Made by a program: the position numbers and the translations under genes
In this document: positions 1-12,944 of the stretch, in pieces
How the letters are laid out: every line of letters begins with the position of its first letter
Position numbering within the stretch: position 1 is the stretch's first letter
The notes under the pieces: generated by a model
Database searches by the model: none
Seen by the model: only the letters and a program-made list of their open reading frames with translations
What the model was told of the DNA's origin: nothing
NCBI GenBank assembly: GCA_964016885.1
Contig: OZ024745.1
Span: 56,482,001 to 56,546,000, forward strand
Origin: Eledone cirrhosa
Lineage: Eukaryota
Length of the DNA: 64,000 nucleotides
Reading direction: 5' to 3'

Positions 1-174
1 AGTTAGTGTTGATAAATATTTAGATTTGCGCACGAGTTTAACGTGTATTTTTGTCGGAAACGTGTGTGTTATAGAGCGAATATTTGAAAGTAGGTTATTT
101 GGTCAGGTGGGATTTTTGGAGGCCACATATTGTTTAAATGGATTGTTCAACATTGTTCAACACACGCCCCCACC

Positions 175-381
<207 letters not shown>

Positions 382-424
382 CGATATTAAATAAATGGAA
401 ACTATATTTATAAAACCATATTTA

Positions 425-485
425 TTTCAATATATATATTTCAGGGATATCATATTAACAATATGCTATGCCTTCCTCAGACAAA
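425..485 (-). ncRNA. Type I hammerhead ribozyme (PLE pLTR relic, stem I decayed)
   Basis: Minus strand reads tttgt-CTGAGGA-AGGCATAGCATATT-gtt-AATATGATATCCCT-GAAA-TATATATA-TT, then AATAAA and (TA)n. Stem II resembles the copy at 42672. Confidence 0.65.
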
Positions 486-594
486 ATACAATATAGACAG
501 TTTTATAGATAAATAGATTTGACATATATATATATTATTTCGTTTCTGAATTTGTTTAGCAAGATTCTTTATCTGAAAACGTGTGATGAAACCG

Positions 595-1013
595 ATATTG
601 TTATGCTTTGGGAGGGTCATGTTGCCAATAAGAAACAGGGGCACCAGTTGCTTTCGCTGCAATTTATTATAAATTAAATTTATAATTTTAAGAATTTATA
701 AATTTCCGGTTGGTTGGTTCCATAACCGGACGGTTGTTCATATATTGTCAGAGTTCTGTCGTCAAACATTCTGTGACATCTTCAGTGACTGGGGATTCTT
801 TTCTTTGTTTTTGTGTCTCTCAGTCACTGAAGAGGTCATAGAATGTGTGACGAAATATCTTTGACACTATATGTACAGCCGTCCGCTTATGGAACCAACC
901 AACCAATCGGAAATTTATAAATTCTTAAATTTATAAATTTAATTTATAATAAATTGCAGTGAAAGCAACTGGTGCCCCTGTTTCTTATTGGCAACATGAC
1001 CCTCCCAAAGCAT

Positions 1014-1021
<8 letters not shown>
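595..1021. mobile_element. Non-coding fold-back PLE derivative (inverted pLTR pair, ~200-bp arms)
   Basis: 595-793 is the reverse complement of 818-1021 with scattered mismatches. A hammerhead sits at the inner end of each arm and the right end abuts (TA)n. Confidence 0.85.
823..865 (+). ncRNA. Type I hammerhead ribozyme
   Basis: GTCA-CTGAAGA-G-GTCATA-gaatg-TGTGAC-GAAA-tatc-TT-TGAC: stem I GTCA/TGAC, canonical core, 6-bp stem II. The mirror copy at about 747-789 (-) has GACA in place of GAAA. Confidence 0.85.
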
Positions 1022-1076
<55 letters not shown>

Positions 1077-1282
1077 AATATATAGGAAAAACAAATACTC
1101 GACGTGAAGTATAGAAAAATGAAGAATTTAATCAAATGTTCGTTTTTAACATATGTTTCAATACAATATAAGTCTACGTAATGCTGGTTGCATAATACTG
1201 TTATTATTATGCACACTCATTAGCAATACATTAAATATTGAATTTCTTCAGAAAGATTTCAAAAAGATTTCAAAGTATCGAC

Positions 1283-2675
1283 GGTCTCGGGGGTTTCAGG
1301 TTTTCGTCGGTTTTGGGGATTTCGCCTGTTTAGGGAGTTTATGCTTTTTCTGGGGGTTAGGAGGTTCCAGGTCTTTTGGAGGTTTAGGGGCTTTCGAAGG
1401 TATAGGCGGTATAGGTTTCGGGCGATTAGGCGATTTCCTGGGTCTATAGGTTTTCTGGGGATTAGGCGGTTTCGGGGGTCTCTGGGTGTAACGGTGATTT
1501 AGTTGGTTTCGAGTGTTTTGGCGGTTTCAGTTGTTTTATGTGTTTAGTCGCTTTCGGGGATTTAGTCGGTTTCAGGGATTTAGGTGGGTTAAGGCGTTTC
1601 AAAGGTTAGGTGGCTTGGGGTTTTCGAGTTTTATGGTTTTCATGGCTTCAGGAGGTTTAGGGTTTTTCGTAGGTTTCAGCAGTTTCGACGGTTTCGGCGA
1701 TTTCCGGGCTTCCGAGGTCTTTGGCGGTTTCGGGGTATTCGGGGGTTTAGGTGGTTTCAGGTACTTAGGGATTTTGGGGGGTTTAGGTAGTATCGGGGGT
1801 TTGCGAGATTTGTGTTTTTGGGGTTTATAAGTGGTTTAGGGGGCTTCCAGATCGGTGGTTTAGGCGGTTTCGGGGGTTTATGAGATTTAAGGGGCCTAAG
1901 GGATTGCGGGAGCTTTAAGGTGTTCTGGGTTTTAGTTGGTTTCAGGTGTTCAGGAGGTTTAGAGGTTTTTGCGGGTATGGGCGGTTTTGGGTTTTCGGTG
2001 GTTTAAGGGGTTTAGGCAGTTTCAGTGGCTTAGTGTTTTACGGGTGTTTAGTCGGTTTCGGGGGTTTCGGTGGTTTCGGGGGTTTCGGTGGTTTCGGGGG
2101 TTTAGGTGGTTTCGGGGGTTTAGGCGGTTATGGCGGTTTCGGGGGTTTAGGCAGTTTCAGGGTTTGAGTAGATTTCGGGGGGCTTAGGGTTTTTCTGGGG
2201 TCTAGGCGGATTCGGTGGTTTCGGATGTTTCGGGGGTTTCAGGGGCTAGGGGATTTCTGAGGTTAGGCAGTTTTCGGAGTTTCGGTGGTTTAGGCGATTT
2301 CGGAGGATTCGGGAGTTTAGGGGTTTTCATGGATTTAGTCGGTTTCCAGTGTTTTGGGTTTAGGGGTTTTCATGGGTTTTGGCGGTTTCTTGTGTTTAGG
2401 TGGTTTTGGAGATTTAGGGGTATTCGGGAGTTTAGGGTTTCCGGGTGTTAGGCGGTTTTGGCGGTCTGAGGGGCTTACGGGTTTTCCGGGTTTTAGGCGG
2501 TTTCAGGGATTCAGTAGGTTTAGAGGTTTTCGCGGGTATAGGTGGTTTAGGTAGTTTCGTGGATAAGGCCGTTTCGGGGGTTTGGGCGGTTTCATGGTTT
2601 AAGCAGTTTCGGGTGTTTAGGCAGTTTGGTGGTTTCGGGGGTTGGGCGGTTTCGGGGGGCTCAAGGGTATCGGTG
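1283..2675. repeat. Degenerate G/T-rich 9-bp minisatellite (GGTTTCGGG / GGTTTAGGN)
   Basis: Clean 9-nt period at 2054-2160, decaying outward; strong strand asymmetry; no long open frame. Confidence 0.85.
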
Positions 2676-2739
2676 GGATAGTTAGTCTCATGTGGTTTGG
2701 CCGTTTCTGTTGTTTTATAACTTGATAGATTTTATACTT

Positions 2740-2928
2740 AAAGAATTACATCAGAAATTCCGTAAAACTAATATATCTACTATTAAGGATATCAATATAG
2801 AAGGATTAGCAATAGTTAATAAACTAGATTTAGCTGACCGAACGGAGCCGTTTGAACCTCGACAACCAACCTTTAATCTAAAAGACCATAAAAGTAACTT
2901 TGAATCCAACCCTTGTATTAGATTATAA
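2740..2928 (+). pseudogene. PLE reverse transcriptase N-terminal fragment
   Basis: NKLDLADRTEPFEPRQPTFNLKDHKSNFESNPCIRL matches the LKDHKxNFxxNPxxRL finger motif of YRDD-type PLE RTs. Confidence 0.7.
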
Positions 2929-4128
2929 ACATTATTCTTCCTGCTATCATGGTTATAGTCCTCACTGCCACTCCCTTCACAGGAAGGGTAGCCTCTGTAA
3001 CAAGTGCTCGGTCAACGCAATTTGCATCCTATTTAAAAAGGCCCATTCATCAAGAAACAAATGAGAATTAGTTACGAAATGTAAACACTGGATCCAGGAA
3101 TTGTACATTTGCTTCAATCTTACATACGACTCCCGAGGATACAAAATAGAACACTTTCAACATCAAAAGCCGATGTACCGGTACCTTAGCTTGCCCGAAA
3201 GTAAATAAAGGAACTTGCATACCACCCATCTTAGTACTCATATGTCCGCCATCCCACCCTCCGTAGAGCCCCTGGTTTAGAACTTTTGACTCCTCTCCAT
3301 AAATAGTTTCATACTTGAGTCATCGTTTGCTCCTACCTCTCACCGATATTGTACATATTTATCCTATCTTAGATTTAAGCTTATTTTATTGTACTTAATT
3401 GTTTTTATTCCACTTGGATTTCAATTTAATTTAATTTAATTTATACATTTATTTCCTTATTTATTGGTTCTAATTTTCATTTTTCTTAGATTTTAATTTT
3501 TAAATTCTAAATATGGTTTGTGCATAGACATGACGTTCAAGCGAATACTCTTAGTTGCCAACTATCTTATCTTCTTTCCTCCCACATTTGTTGTCAACCC
3601 TTAAGCATTATCTGAAGTTTTGCCACGAGACCAGACTCCATCACCCTATTTTACACATCCACCCAACATTGATTTTTCTTTCTCTTCTTCCTTTCCATCT
3701 ACCCCACTTCCTCTTTCAACCTTTTCTATCTTCCTTTTCATACTTCCTCTCTATCTTCTATCTTTCCGCGCGCGCGCGTGTGTGAGTGTGAAAGAGAGGG
3801 CAATATATGTATGTATATATGGTGGTGGTGGTGGTGGTGGTGGTGGGGTAACCACAATTCCCTGCTACCTATTATCCCATCGCTATAAAGTGATAGCCTT
3901 TCATTGAACTTCTACCCATGCCAGCATTAGATCCTATTACCCTATTCTAAACCCCCACACTCGATATTGCCTTTTGTCATATCTTTTTTTAAAATTTACT
4001 TTTCTTCTTATCGTCTCTTCTTCCTTCTCCACTTTCTTCTCCATTTATATACCATTCTTTCTTCCTATCCATATGAGGTGTAGTAAATAAATATATACAT
4101 ATATACATTAGGTCTGAACATAATGGAA

Positions 4129-4600
4129 TCAAATTCCCATTGTCACTGCTTCCGACTCTATGGAGAGGATAGAGAAAGCGTTTGACCAGAGTATGGTGAG
4201 CGAGACGCGTTGGAAGAGCCATTCCAGATCTCGAGAGTCACACATGTGGGTAGCTAACTCCATGCCGATAGTAGTGTGTACGGAGGTGTTCCTAGGAGCA
4301 AGGACACCAGAAGTCTCCACTACTACGAGGTCGACCGCAAACTTGTCGGAGAGTGACCAATATTTGGAGAGTTTACCCATCTCAGCCCAAAATGAAGCAG
4401 AGTTTAGGTTAGTCACAGACTTCACCAGGTTGCCGCTGGAGAAGGTGTCGCTGCATCTGGCATTTCAGATGAGGGGTTTACCACCGCAGGACGACAACAT
4501 GGTCATGTCGTCTGGTCTTTTTCCGTCCCCTCGGTCCAGCCGCGATGGCTGGATCTGGGAGGAGAGGCCTGCAGTATCCAAGCCATGGTTTATGATCCCC
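4129..4600 (-). pseudogene. CRE-clade non-LTR retrotransposon, restriction-like endonuclease C-terminus
   Basis: Joined minus ORFs give [54 protein letters not shown], the RPD/AExxKxxKY/ETxG/QRxS pattern of CRE-type RLE domains; one stop codon. Confidence 0.8.
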
Positions 4601-4778
4601 TTCAATTTTTGCTTCAATTCCCTCCTCTTATTTCCCTTAAATTTGACACGTTTTCTAGACAAAGGCTAGAAGACGTAAATAGCCGAGTTTGCGGTCAATC
4701 CTCTCCTTTTATTAATATACCAATCGGCATTATACCTTGTACCGAGTACTTCTCTGATTTATGGTCCCAGTACCGCAG

Positions 4779-4842
<64 letters not shown>

Positions 4843-4845
4843 TAT

Positions 4846-4934
<89 letters not shown>

Positions 4935-4940
4935 AATTTA

Positions 4941-4976
<36 letters not shown>

Positions 4977-5577
4977 TTATGTGTACACGTTTGAAAGGCA
5001 TAAATTACACTTCCACATACAGCAGTGTAAGTGCGTGAAGATTTCTATAAAACACTGATACATATATGCACGCCGAAAGCAAATTAACAATTGATAAATG
5101 TTATATATCTAGAACAGAGGCAATACATAATACACACCTCACCTCCCACACAGCCAACAACAGAAACACACACATAATTACGTAGACACTGAAACACTCA
5201 TACCAAATCACAGACGTGTACAAAGCCAAATAAAGTTTGCTGCAATGCAGACGAACATACACCCATTGTGGAAGAAAATATTGTTGTTAGCAAACATATC
5301 CAGGGCATTTCATTCATGTTCATTACAATAGCCAGTCAATAACTGACCGGATAATGTGAACGCAAATATCGAACATTCTATTTCGATTTGACGTTACTCT
5401 TCTGTCGCATTGCTTTCGATAAAGCTTACATACATAATACATATATACATGCACATAACTAATGCATGTATACATAAATACATGCGTATATACATATATT
5501 CTTATATACACATATCCATATATGTATTTGAATATATATACACGGGCGCCTCTCACTTTATATATGTATGTACACAA

Positions 5578-5608
<31 letters not shown>

Positions 5609-5615
5609 CACACAG

Positions 5616-5664
<49 letters not shown>

Positions 5665-5666
5665 TA

Positions 5667-5762
5667 AAGGGTGTTTCAAAAGCTGTATACACACTTCAAC
5701 AGCACTCTAATAAATATTGCCTGTACAGGTAATCAAAGTGTGTTTACAATTTTTGGGACACC

Positions 5763-5765
<3 letters not shown>
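5667..5765. mobile_element. Tc1/mariner-type MITE (99 bp)
   Basis: ~30-bp TIRs aagggtgtttcaaaagctgtatacacactt / aagtgtgtttacaatttttgggacaccctg, flanked by TA. Confidence 0.8.
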
Positions 5766-5806
<41 letters not shown>

Positions 5807-6185
5807 ATATATATATATATAAGTATATAAGTATATATATATATATGTATGTATTGTGCATACATGTATACATTTATATACGAACGCACACAAACGCACA
5901 CGTATATATATTTATTAAATGTAACAAATTGAGAGACAGGAGCGATATAAAGGTTTATTACGGAAGTTAAGGAAATAATATCTTACGCCGATTTAGTTAT
6001 TCTAGTACTTACTTGTGTAATTGTGTTCTTAGAAAGGTATGCTGGTTATTCAATATATAAATATATATTTCTCTACTTACTCTCCTCTATCTTTCTCATC
6101 CTGCTTTTATTTCATTTTCTTTATGCTGCTGAAGGATTATCGTGTGAATCGTTAAAACTCTTATCCTTCTCTATCAAGCTTCAAA

Positions 6186-6371
6186 ATAATTGTTTCTACT
6201 TTTGGCACAAGGCCAGCAATTATTCCAGTGCATTACTGGCACTTTATTTTATCAACCCGTAAGGATGAAAGTTAACCTCGGCGGGATTTGAACTCAGAAT
6301 AGCAAGGGCCGTAACTCTATGCGTCAAAGCATGGCGTCCGACCCCCTACCGATACTGCTAATCCACCACCC
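6186..6371 (-). mobile_element. tRNA-derived SINE (Meta/MESC-like domain)
   Basis: Minus strand has A-box-like GGTGGATTAGCAG, B-box GAGTTCAAATCC and a CTTTCATCCTTACGGG..GATAAAA..GTGCCAG core; imperfect target duplication cttcaaa(a/c)taat. Confidence 0.85.
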
Positions 6372-6673
6372 TTCAAACTAATGTTTTCTTGTGTTGTATT
6401 CCGTTTAACTTTCGCATATATATATATATATGTACGTGTGTACATGCATACATACATACATACACATATTATAAACCGACCAACATATGATCACGAAGCG
6501 TTAGACATTTATATGCCTTATATATTCATTCTGTCATTACTATAACAGAGGTCCGACGAGCATTTGATTCCAGAGTCGGCCCAGATTGCTATAGATCGAA
6601 CTTTGAGCTGATCAATAGCGAAACGCGTGTTACCAATCAATAAACGTAATGTAGGCTAACTTAAATCGTCCTT

Positions 6674-6723
<50 letters not shown>

Positions 6724-6931
6724 GGCGACCTACGTAGTAAATCGTATCATCGTGAGCTCCGCAAAGGTTTGTTATTTCCGTTTGTTAAAAATTGTCATTT
6801 ATGGAAAATTTTATTGTTAACTGTTTATAAGCGCACATACATTGTTTTCCGAAAAGGACACCCAAAAAGATTGGGGCCTTGTGCCCAAAATTTAAACTTT
6901 TATTATTATCAAAAAAATTTCTTTGAAAAAA

Positions 6932-8914
6932 ATGGCTAATTCACCTCTGCACGAAGCAGCTGAAAGCCTTCCTCACAAATTAACACCTCACACCGACACC
7001 ACCATTGTAAATGTTACTACGTTTGCCAACACAAAAAAAAATATAAGCACTAGCAATATTTTAAATTTGTCTCAGGCAGACATTCATTTCCCGCCATTAC
7101 CAACGACTGCAGGTGTTAAAGCCTCCACCACCACCACCACCGCGACAACCACCACCACCACCACCACCGCGACAACAGAAACAAAAGAAGAAAAAATAAA
7201 TTAACTCGTGATGTCGAAATGAAATCAAGCAAAATGGACTCTTCCCCTCCAAAGACGACTGACGTCACCACCACCACAACTGAAACTAAAATTAATATTA
7301 ACGATAGTAACAACAACAACAATGACATTATAAAACCCCTCCTCAGTTTCGCCAGAGTAGCAAAACAGTTCGAAGCATTTACGGTAACTCAGGAGGATTT
7401 AGAAAATGCCAAACAAATGGTAAAGAAAGATGGGTACAGGGTCAGCCTCACCCCCCACCTAATAAAATGGAGCATCGGCGCCTATGCACCGTGTCGTATA
7501 GAACAATAAATGTAAAATCGCGCCGAGTGGAACGGGCATCCGAGTCCCAAATCCAAAAAGCTTTGGGACATGTGTGGGCAAGAAAAACCCACATCAGACG
7601 TGGGCAAAAGTATGGAACCGTGGACGTGTTCTTTGAAACACCAGAGGAGGCTAGAGAACACTCCATGGCCCCATTAAGAAGTGACGACTTCACACTCGTC
7701 CCAAGCTATTGTGGCCAGAGACTCGCAAAGATCAGGGTGACCCACGTTCCACCGGCCATCGAAATTCCCTGGCTAATAGCGGTTGTCCTCGCCGGCATCG
7801 AAGCCAACACGAAAATAATAGCAATAGCAAAAGAAAAGCAGGAGAACTGGTCCGGATCTGGGATGGAGCTCCTGATCCAAGCGGACCAAAAAAGCATTGA
7901 GGAGATCCCAGAGGTAATAGACCTCACTGACGGCAGCCACCTCACGGTAATTGTCGAGGGCAGAAGACCTAGGTGTGTCGTTTGTGGTGAAGGAACCCAC
8001 CTAAGGGCTTTCTGCCCTCAGGCTAAAAGGTTGAGGCCACCTCTCCTACCCACCCCAGTGACACAACCATCAACACCACCAGTAGCAGAGATGGCAGCAA
8101 CAACTGTAGCAGCAACAACAGAAGCAACTATAACAGCAACAACCCCAGCAACAGTAGCAAAACCAACACCACCACCACCACCAGCAAAACCAACACCACC
8201 ACCATCCAACGCTTCAGAACTAGCACCAGCGCCTACACCATCCACCACGCCACAACCAAAACTAACGGCTGTGGAGGATTTTCCACTCCCCGGCCTATCA
8301 CAACTGGAGACAGATTGTGACGACGAGGAGTGGGAAACGATATCCGGAAAAAAAAAAGAAACCAAAAAAGAAAAAATTCTCTTCCTTCCCCCTCCAAAAA
8401 CAAAATACAGAGGGAAACAAATAACTTAAGAAACAAAAAAGTTAGGACAGATATGCCACCATCCACACCAGCATCACCAACCCCATCAACCCAAACACCA
8501 ACACCATCACCATCATTAACCCCAACACCACCATCACCTACACCACAAAAGTCACCAAAATGCGAAACAGAAACAAACCCACAACAAACGCAAACAAAAC
8601 AAAACAACTAAAACGATACACACTACACAGCATTAAATTTGAACAACAAGCAATTATTACACTACATCCAACACAACACCAGCATCACAGAAAAAGACTA
8701 CACAATAACCCCAAAATTCACACCACCTCCACACATACAAATCACTCGCATCACACAGAAAAAGTACATGACACTAAAACAAAAATTCCCCAAAGACATC
8801 GGAGACTTCCGACAAGCACTCTCCAGGAGGATTTATAAGGACATCCTTCCTGAGGAGGCCACAAGCAGTGAAAAGGATGGAAAAACCGTCCTTCCCCTAC
8901 AAGAAGTGAGGTAA
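6932..8914 (+). pseudogene. Tx1 ORF1 (RRM-like region, zinc knuckle, Pro/Thr-rich linkers), frameshifted
   Basis: Five consecutive ORF pieces (6923-7204, 7219-7509, 7467-8429, 8330-8611, 8639-8914) broken at or near A-runs; GRRPRCVVCGEGTHLRAFCP knuckle. Confidence 0.8.
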
Positions 8915-8948
8915 GTGGTCTTTCCCATCTTTTCCACTCCTTTTCAAC

Positions 8949-11900
8949 ATGACCTCACTCAGAATAGGCAGCATAAATGCGCGTGGCTTGGGGTCGTCAT
9001 GGAAGCAGGGCCACCTGCTCAACGACCTCAGGTCACTAAACATAGATGTAGTGGCCATCAGCGAGACCAGAATCTCCGAAGCACAGGCTTTCGCACCGAT
9101 CTTCGGCGGCTACGATGTGTACGCATCTCCCAGCCGTCCGGGATCGGGGGGAGAAGTTGCTGTGCTTTTTCGGAGAGGTTTGGATCTTGCCATACGGGCC
9201 ATCTTCCTGGACCCAGAAGGTAAGTTGTTGGTACTGGACGTGACCAGCGGAGACGGCCAAGCTTTCAGGTTAGTGGCCCTCTATGCCCCGACAGGAGCAG
9301 GGCAGCCTGATTTCTTCCGGCGTCTGGAGACCTTTCTTGGAACGTCCCGCTCTTTAGTGTTAGTGGGCGACTGGAACGGGATCTTAGATGCACGCTGGGA
9401 TTGTGTGGGATTAGTGGATAGGGAAGGAGGGTGCAAGAGTCTCACCAACCTGCTCAGACGTTTTGAACTGTCTGACAGGTATCGAATGGATTTCCCGAAT
9501 ATACCAATGTGGACTTGGACAAATCGCATAGGGTCATCCAGATCATATCTAGATAGAGTATTTTGTAGGGAAATAGATAGGTCTAGCATAGGCTGTCCAC
9601 AATTCAAGATAGTCAGCTACACGGACCACAAATTCGTGATCTGTGTGCTTGACTTAGATAGGCTTCATAGACGAGGACCCGGCTACTGGAAGCTAAACGC
9701 GTCCTTACCAGCGCGCAAGGCCTACAGAGACCGGATTAGCGAACTAGTTAAGCGGGCGTTGACGGGGGCCTTCGTCAACAACAAGTGGTGGTTTGCTCTG
9801 AAAAGAGCAATTAGAATAGAGTCCATTAGGTTTAGTAAGACTTTAGCAATAAAGAAAAATAGAGCAGAGGGAAAATTAGTTAGAAAATTAGATGAGGCAC
9901 TTAGCAAAGGCATCGCGACCGACGTATTTGCGGCGAAATTGGCCCTTGACCAATTCTTCAATGCAAAGCAGAGGCTGCGTTGTCAGAGCTAGGGTGCGTG
10001 CTCTCAGATACGAGGGGACGAAAGCCGTTCAATGGGCCCGAGTGGCGGAGGCGCGTCGTGGCAACAAAGCCACGATCCGGTCTTTGGTGGACCACGACGG
10101 GCGCATGCTACTCGATCCCGGGAAAATGTGTGAAGCTTTTCAGCGACACTTCGCTCAACTGTTCGGGGGCAGTGGTGGGCCGGATCGAGGGATGGACTTT
10201 AGTGTCTAGCTCGACGGACTGCCGCGGCTTTCGGCCACTGAGGCCGAGTGTTGCGAAAAGCCGATAACAACCACTGAAGTACGGGATGCAATGACTAGTT
10301 GCACAAGGGGTAAATCGCCTGGTTTAGATGGTCTGCCCTATGAACTTTACGTACAAATTCCAAACTTGTTCGGAGGCCTCTTGGCGGACGTCTACTGCAA
10401 CTGGCAACAGAACGGGAGAATTCCCAGCTCTGTGAGCCGAGGAGCGGTGGCGCTGCTGAGAAAGGATCCGAACAAGGGGGATAACATAGATAATTTTAGG
10501 CCCATAACTCTGCTAAACACAGAGTTCAAGATTTTGGCCAAGGTGCTAGCAAAGAGGTTGGCGCTTGTCGTTGGTGGTCTGGTGGGAGAGGCACAGACAT
10601 GCGCCATTCCCGACAGATCCATTCACGATAACCTCCACCTCATGCGATACATCGTAGAGAGGGTAGCTAGGGAACCTGGCACGGGTGGGTCTTTGATCAA
10701 TTTAGATCAGTCGAAAGCCTTCGATAGGGTCGACCATCGTTACCTAGCGGCAGTCCTGAGGGCGGCTGGCTTTGGGCCCGTCTTCAGAGGCTGGATCGCT
10801 GCCATGCACAGCGACATCTGCTCTGTAGTGAGAGTGAACGGTCACCTTTCGGAACCGTTCAACATCATGCGCTCGGTCCGCCAAGGATGTCCCCTCTCGT
10901 CCCTATTGTACGTATTGACTCTCGAGCCATTACTGCACAAACTGGAGACGTTGAGCGGGTCCCGCGCGAACTAGGATGCGGAAGATCCGTGTCAGCATAT
11001 GCCGACGATGTCACCGTAGTTTTGTCGAACGCCAAACACATCGAGGCGATCGGCACTACACTAAGAGAATACGAAGCGGTGACAGGAGCAATGATCAACC
11101 AGGAAAAGTCAGTGGGCCTGCAGCTCGGCACCTGGAGAGGCAGGTCCATGCCGTCCAACAGCGTCGTCGGGCGCTGGACGGACGGACGGGTTAAATTGCT
11201 AGGGGTCTGGTTCGGTCCAGACCTCCAGACGGACAAAAACTGGGACGAGGTGACGAGCAGGGTGGCTTCTCTAACCCAGAAATGGGCCGAGAGGAAGCTA
11301 TCCCTGAAAGGTCGAGCAGAGGTGGCTAACGCGTACATCGCGTCCGTCATCTACTACCGCCTGACCGTCGTACCTTGTCCTAAGCCCCGCCTGACTGCGC
11401 TGGAGCGTCTGCTCTTTCGCTTCTTGTGGAAGGGACGCGCTCCGATGGTCAGGCGGTCCATCTGCTGTCAACACCCGCTACGTGGAGGGTTGGGCATGCC
11501 GTGGCTGATGATGCGCAGACACGCGCTCAAGCTACGACATCTCCACCTCTTCCTCGACGGTGATCAGGTGGGGTCGCCGTTTGCTAGAAACGTTATTCCC
11601 CAGCTCGTCTCCTTGACGGAGCTGCAGTCCTGGGTCAAGCGAAGACCGAGAGGGAGCGCTTGGAGACTGGAATGTCTTCAGGCGCTCACAGCCCTCGACC
11701 AATCGGGCAATGTGATCGGTGGAAACTCCACCTTGGCGTTCTATAGGGGATTAGTGGAGGGGAAGAGCGACGACGTACTTGGAGAAACTCTAGGCGTCGA
11801 CGAAAATCAACTAGCCAATCTCTTCGGAAGGACTTTCGGGCCGGGGCCTATGGACAACTTCCAGATATCCCTGGCCTGGCAGTGCTACCGGGGTGCTTTG

Positions 11901-12365
11901 CCAGTTCGGGATAAACTTTACAGGCATGGAGGTGCCGTCAGCCGGGCATGTCCGAGATGCGCACAGGGCGACAAAACCGTCCTGCACGCACTCGTCCAGT
12001 GTCCGAGCATTGCTGACTTGTGGGTTTATGTCGAACACCTGCTGTCACGTGTAGGACGGATCCAGCTATCAGCTGAGTCCATCGTGAGGATTGCCCCGCC
12101 CTCTTCCTTTAGCCGGGAAGGGCAGGCAGTTTTTATCTGTCTGGTGGCCATGGCGAAAGAGATAGTATGGTGGACACGTTTGAAAGGGCTGAAGACGAGC
12201 ACTTACCTCTTCGGTGATGCCCTGATTAACTTTTTCAAATTTCATCTGAAAAGGAAAATCACGGTAGAGAGGGACGTGCTCTCTTCCCAGCATTTTGTTG
12301 AAAGATGGGTGAGAGAAGCAAGTATGGCCCGAATGAATGGGCCTTCTCTGAGTATGTGTCTGTAA
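8949..12365 (+). pseudogene. Tx1 ORF2 (APE endonuclease, RT, C-terminal Zn finger); 2 frameshifts and 1 stop
   Basis: SINARGL, SET, YAP, GDWN, YLDR, TDH (APE); KSPGLDG, FRPITLLN, DQSKAFDRVDH, RQGCPLS, YADD (RT); CPRC..HAL..C. Breaks near 9970 and 10955; TAG at 10207-10209. Confidence 0.93.
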
Positions 12366-12944
12366 ATTAAAGGTAGAAAACTGGGAGAGGGCACTTGCCC
12401 TGGTGGTCAGGGCCACTGTGGTCTTTTAATGGGCTTTCTCCACAAATGTCCCTCGGAAGTCTCCCCCCTATTGGGGAATTTTTCTTTGTTATTTTATTTC
12501 ATCCTCTGTTTTTTTTACACGCAGAAATGCCCATTTGTACCGTCCTGTATTGTCCTGTACTGTCCTTAATGTCTACTTTATGTAAACCCTTGTGGTTAAT
12601 AAAGAAAACATTATTATTATTATTATTATTATTATTTTTATTTTATTATCATATATATATATATGTGTGTGTGGTGTGTGTGTGTGTGTGTGTGTGTGCG
12701 TATGTGTGTGTGTGCGTGCGTACTGCCTGTGATGTCAATGTGGCTAAGCAAAAGTTTGATATTCTTGTTGGCAGTAGATAAATCGAATAGAAATCTGCTT
12801 GTATTTTCAACTATTACTTTACGTACAAAACCTTGCTGCACATGCTATTGTTGGAACATTTCCCTGAGGGTGGGGAATTAGGTTTGAATACAATACCCGA
12901 CATGTATGTTCAAATAGAGAACAGAGGAACAATAGACATCTACG

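Larger units (their letters stand above)
6724..12636 (+). mobile_element. Full-length Tx1/L1-clade LINE inserted in (ATT)n
   Basis: 5'UTR, ORF1 with CCHC knuckle, ORF2 APE-RT-Zn finger, AATAAA at 12598-12603; (ATT)n on both sides (6675-6723, 12610-12636). Confidence 0.92.

Noticed and set aside
2930-3360. Moderately GC-rich segment that might be coding
   Set aside because: All six frames are interrupted and I recognise no motif.
4160-4669. 169-aa plus-strand ORF
   Set aside because: Antisense shadow of the CRE endonuclease fragment.
5360-5410. Minus-strand CAGAAGA..GAAA hammerhead-like string
   Set aside because: Stem II and the cleavage triplet do not form.
6595-6645. Hammerhead-like CTTTGA-GCT..AGC-GAAAC-gcgt-GTT then AATAAA
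   Set aside because: The core is one nucleotide short and no convincing stem I forms; possibly a decayed pLTR, but unsupported.
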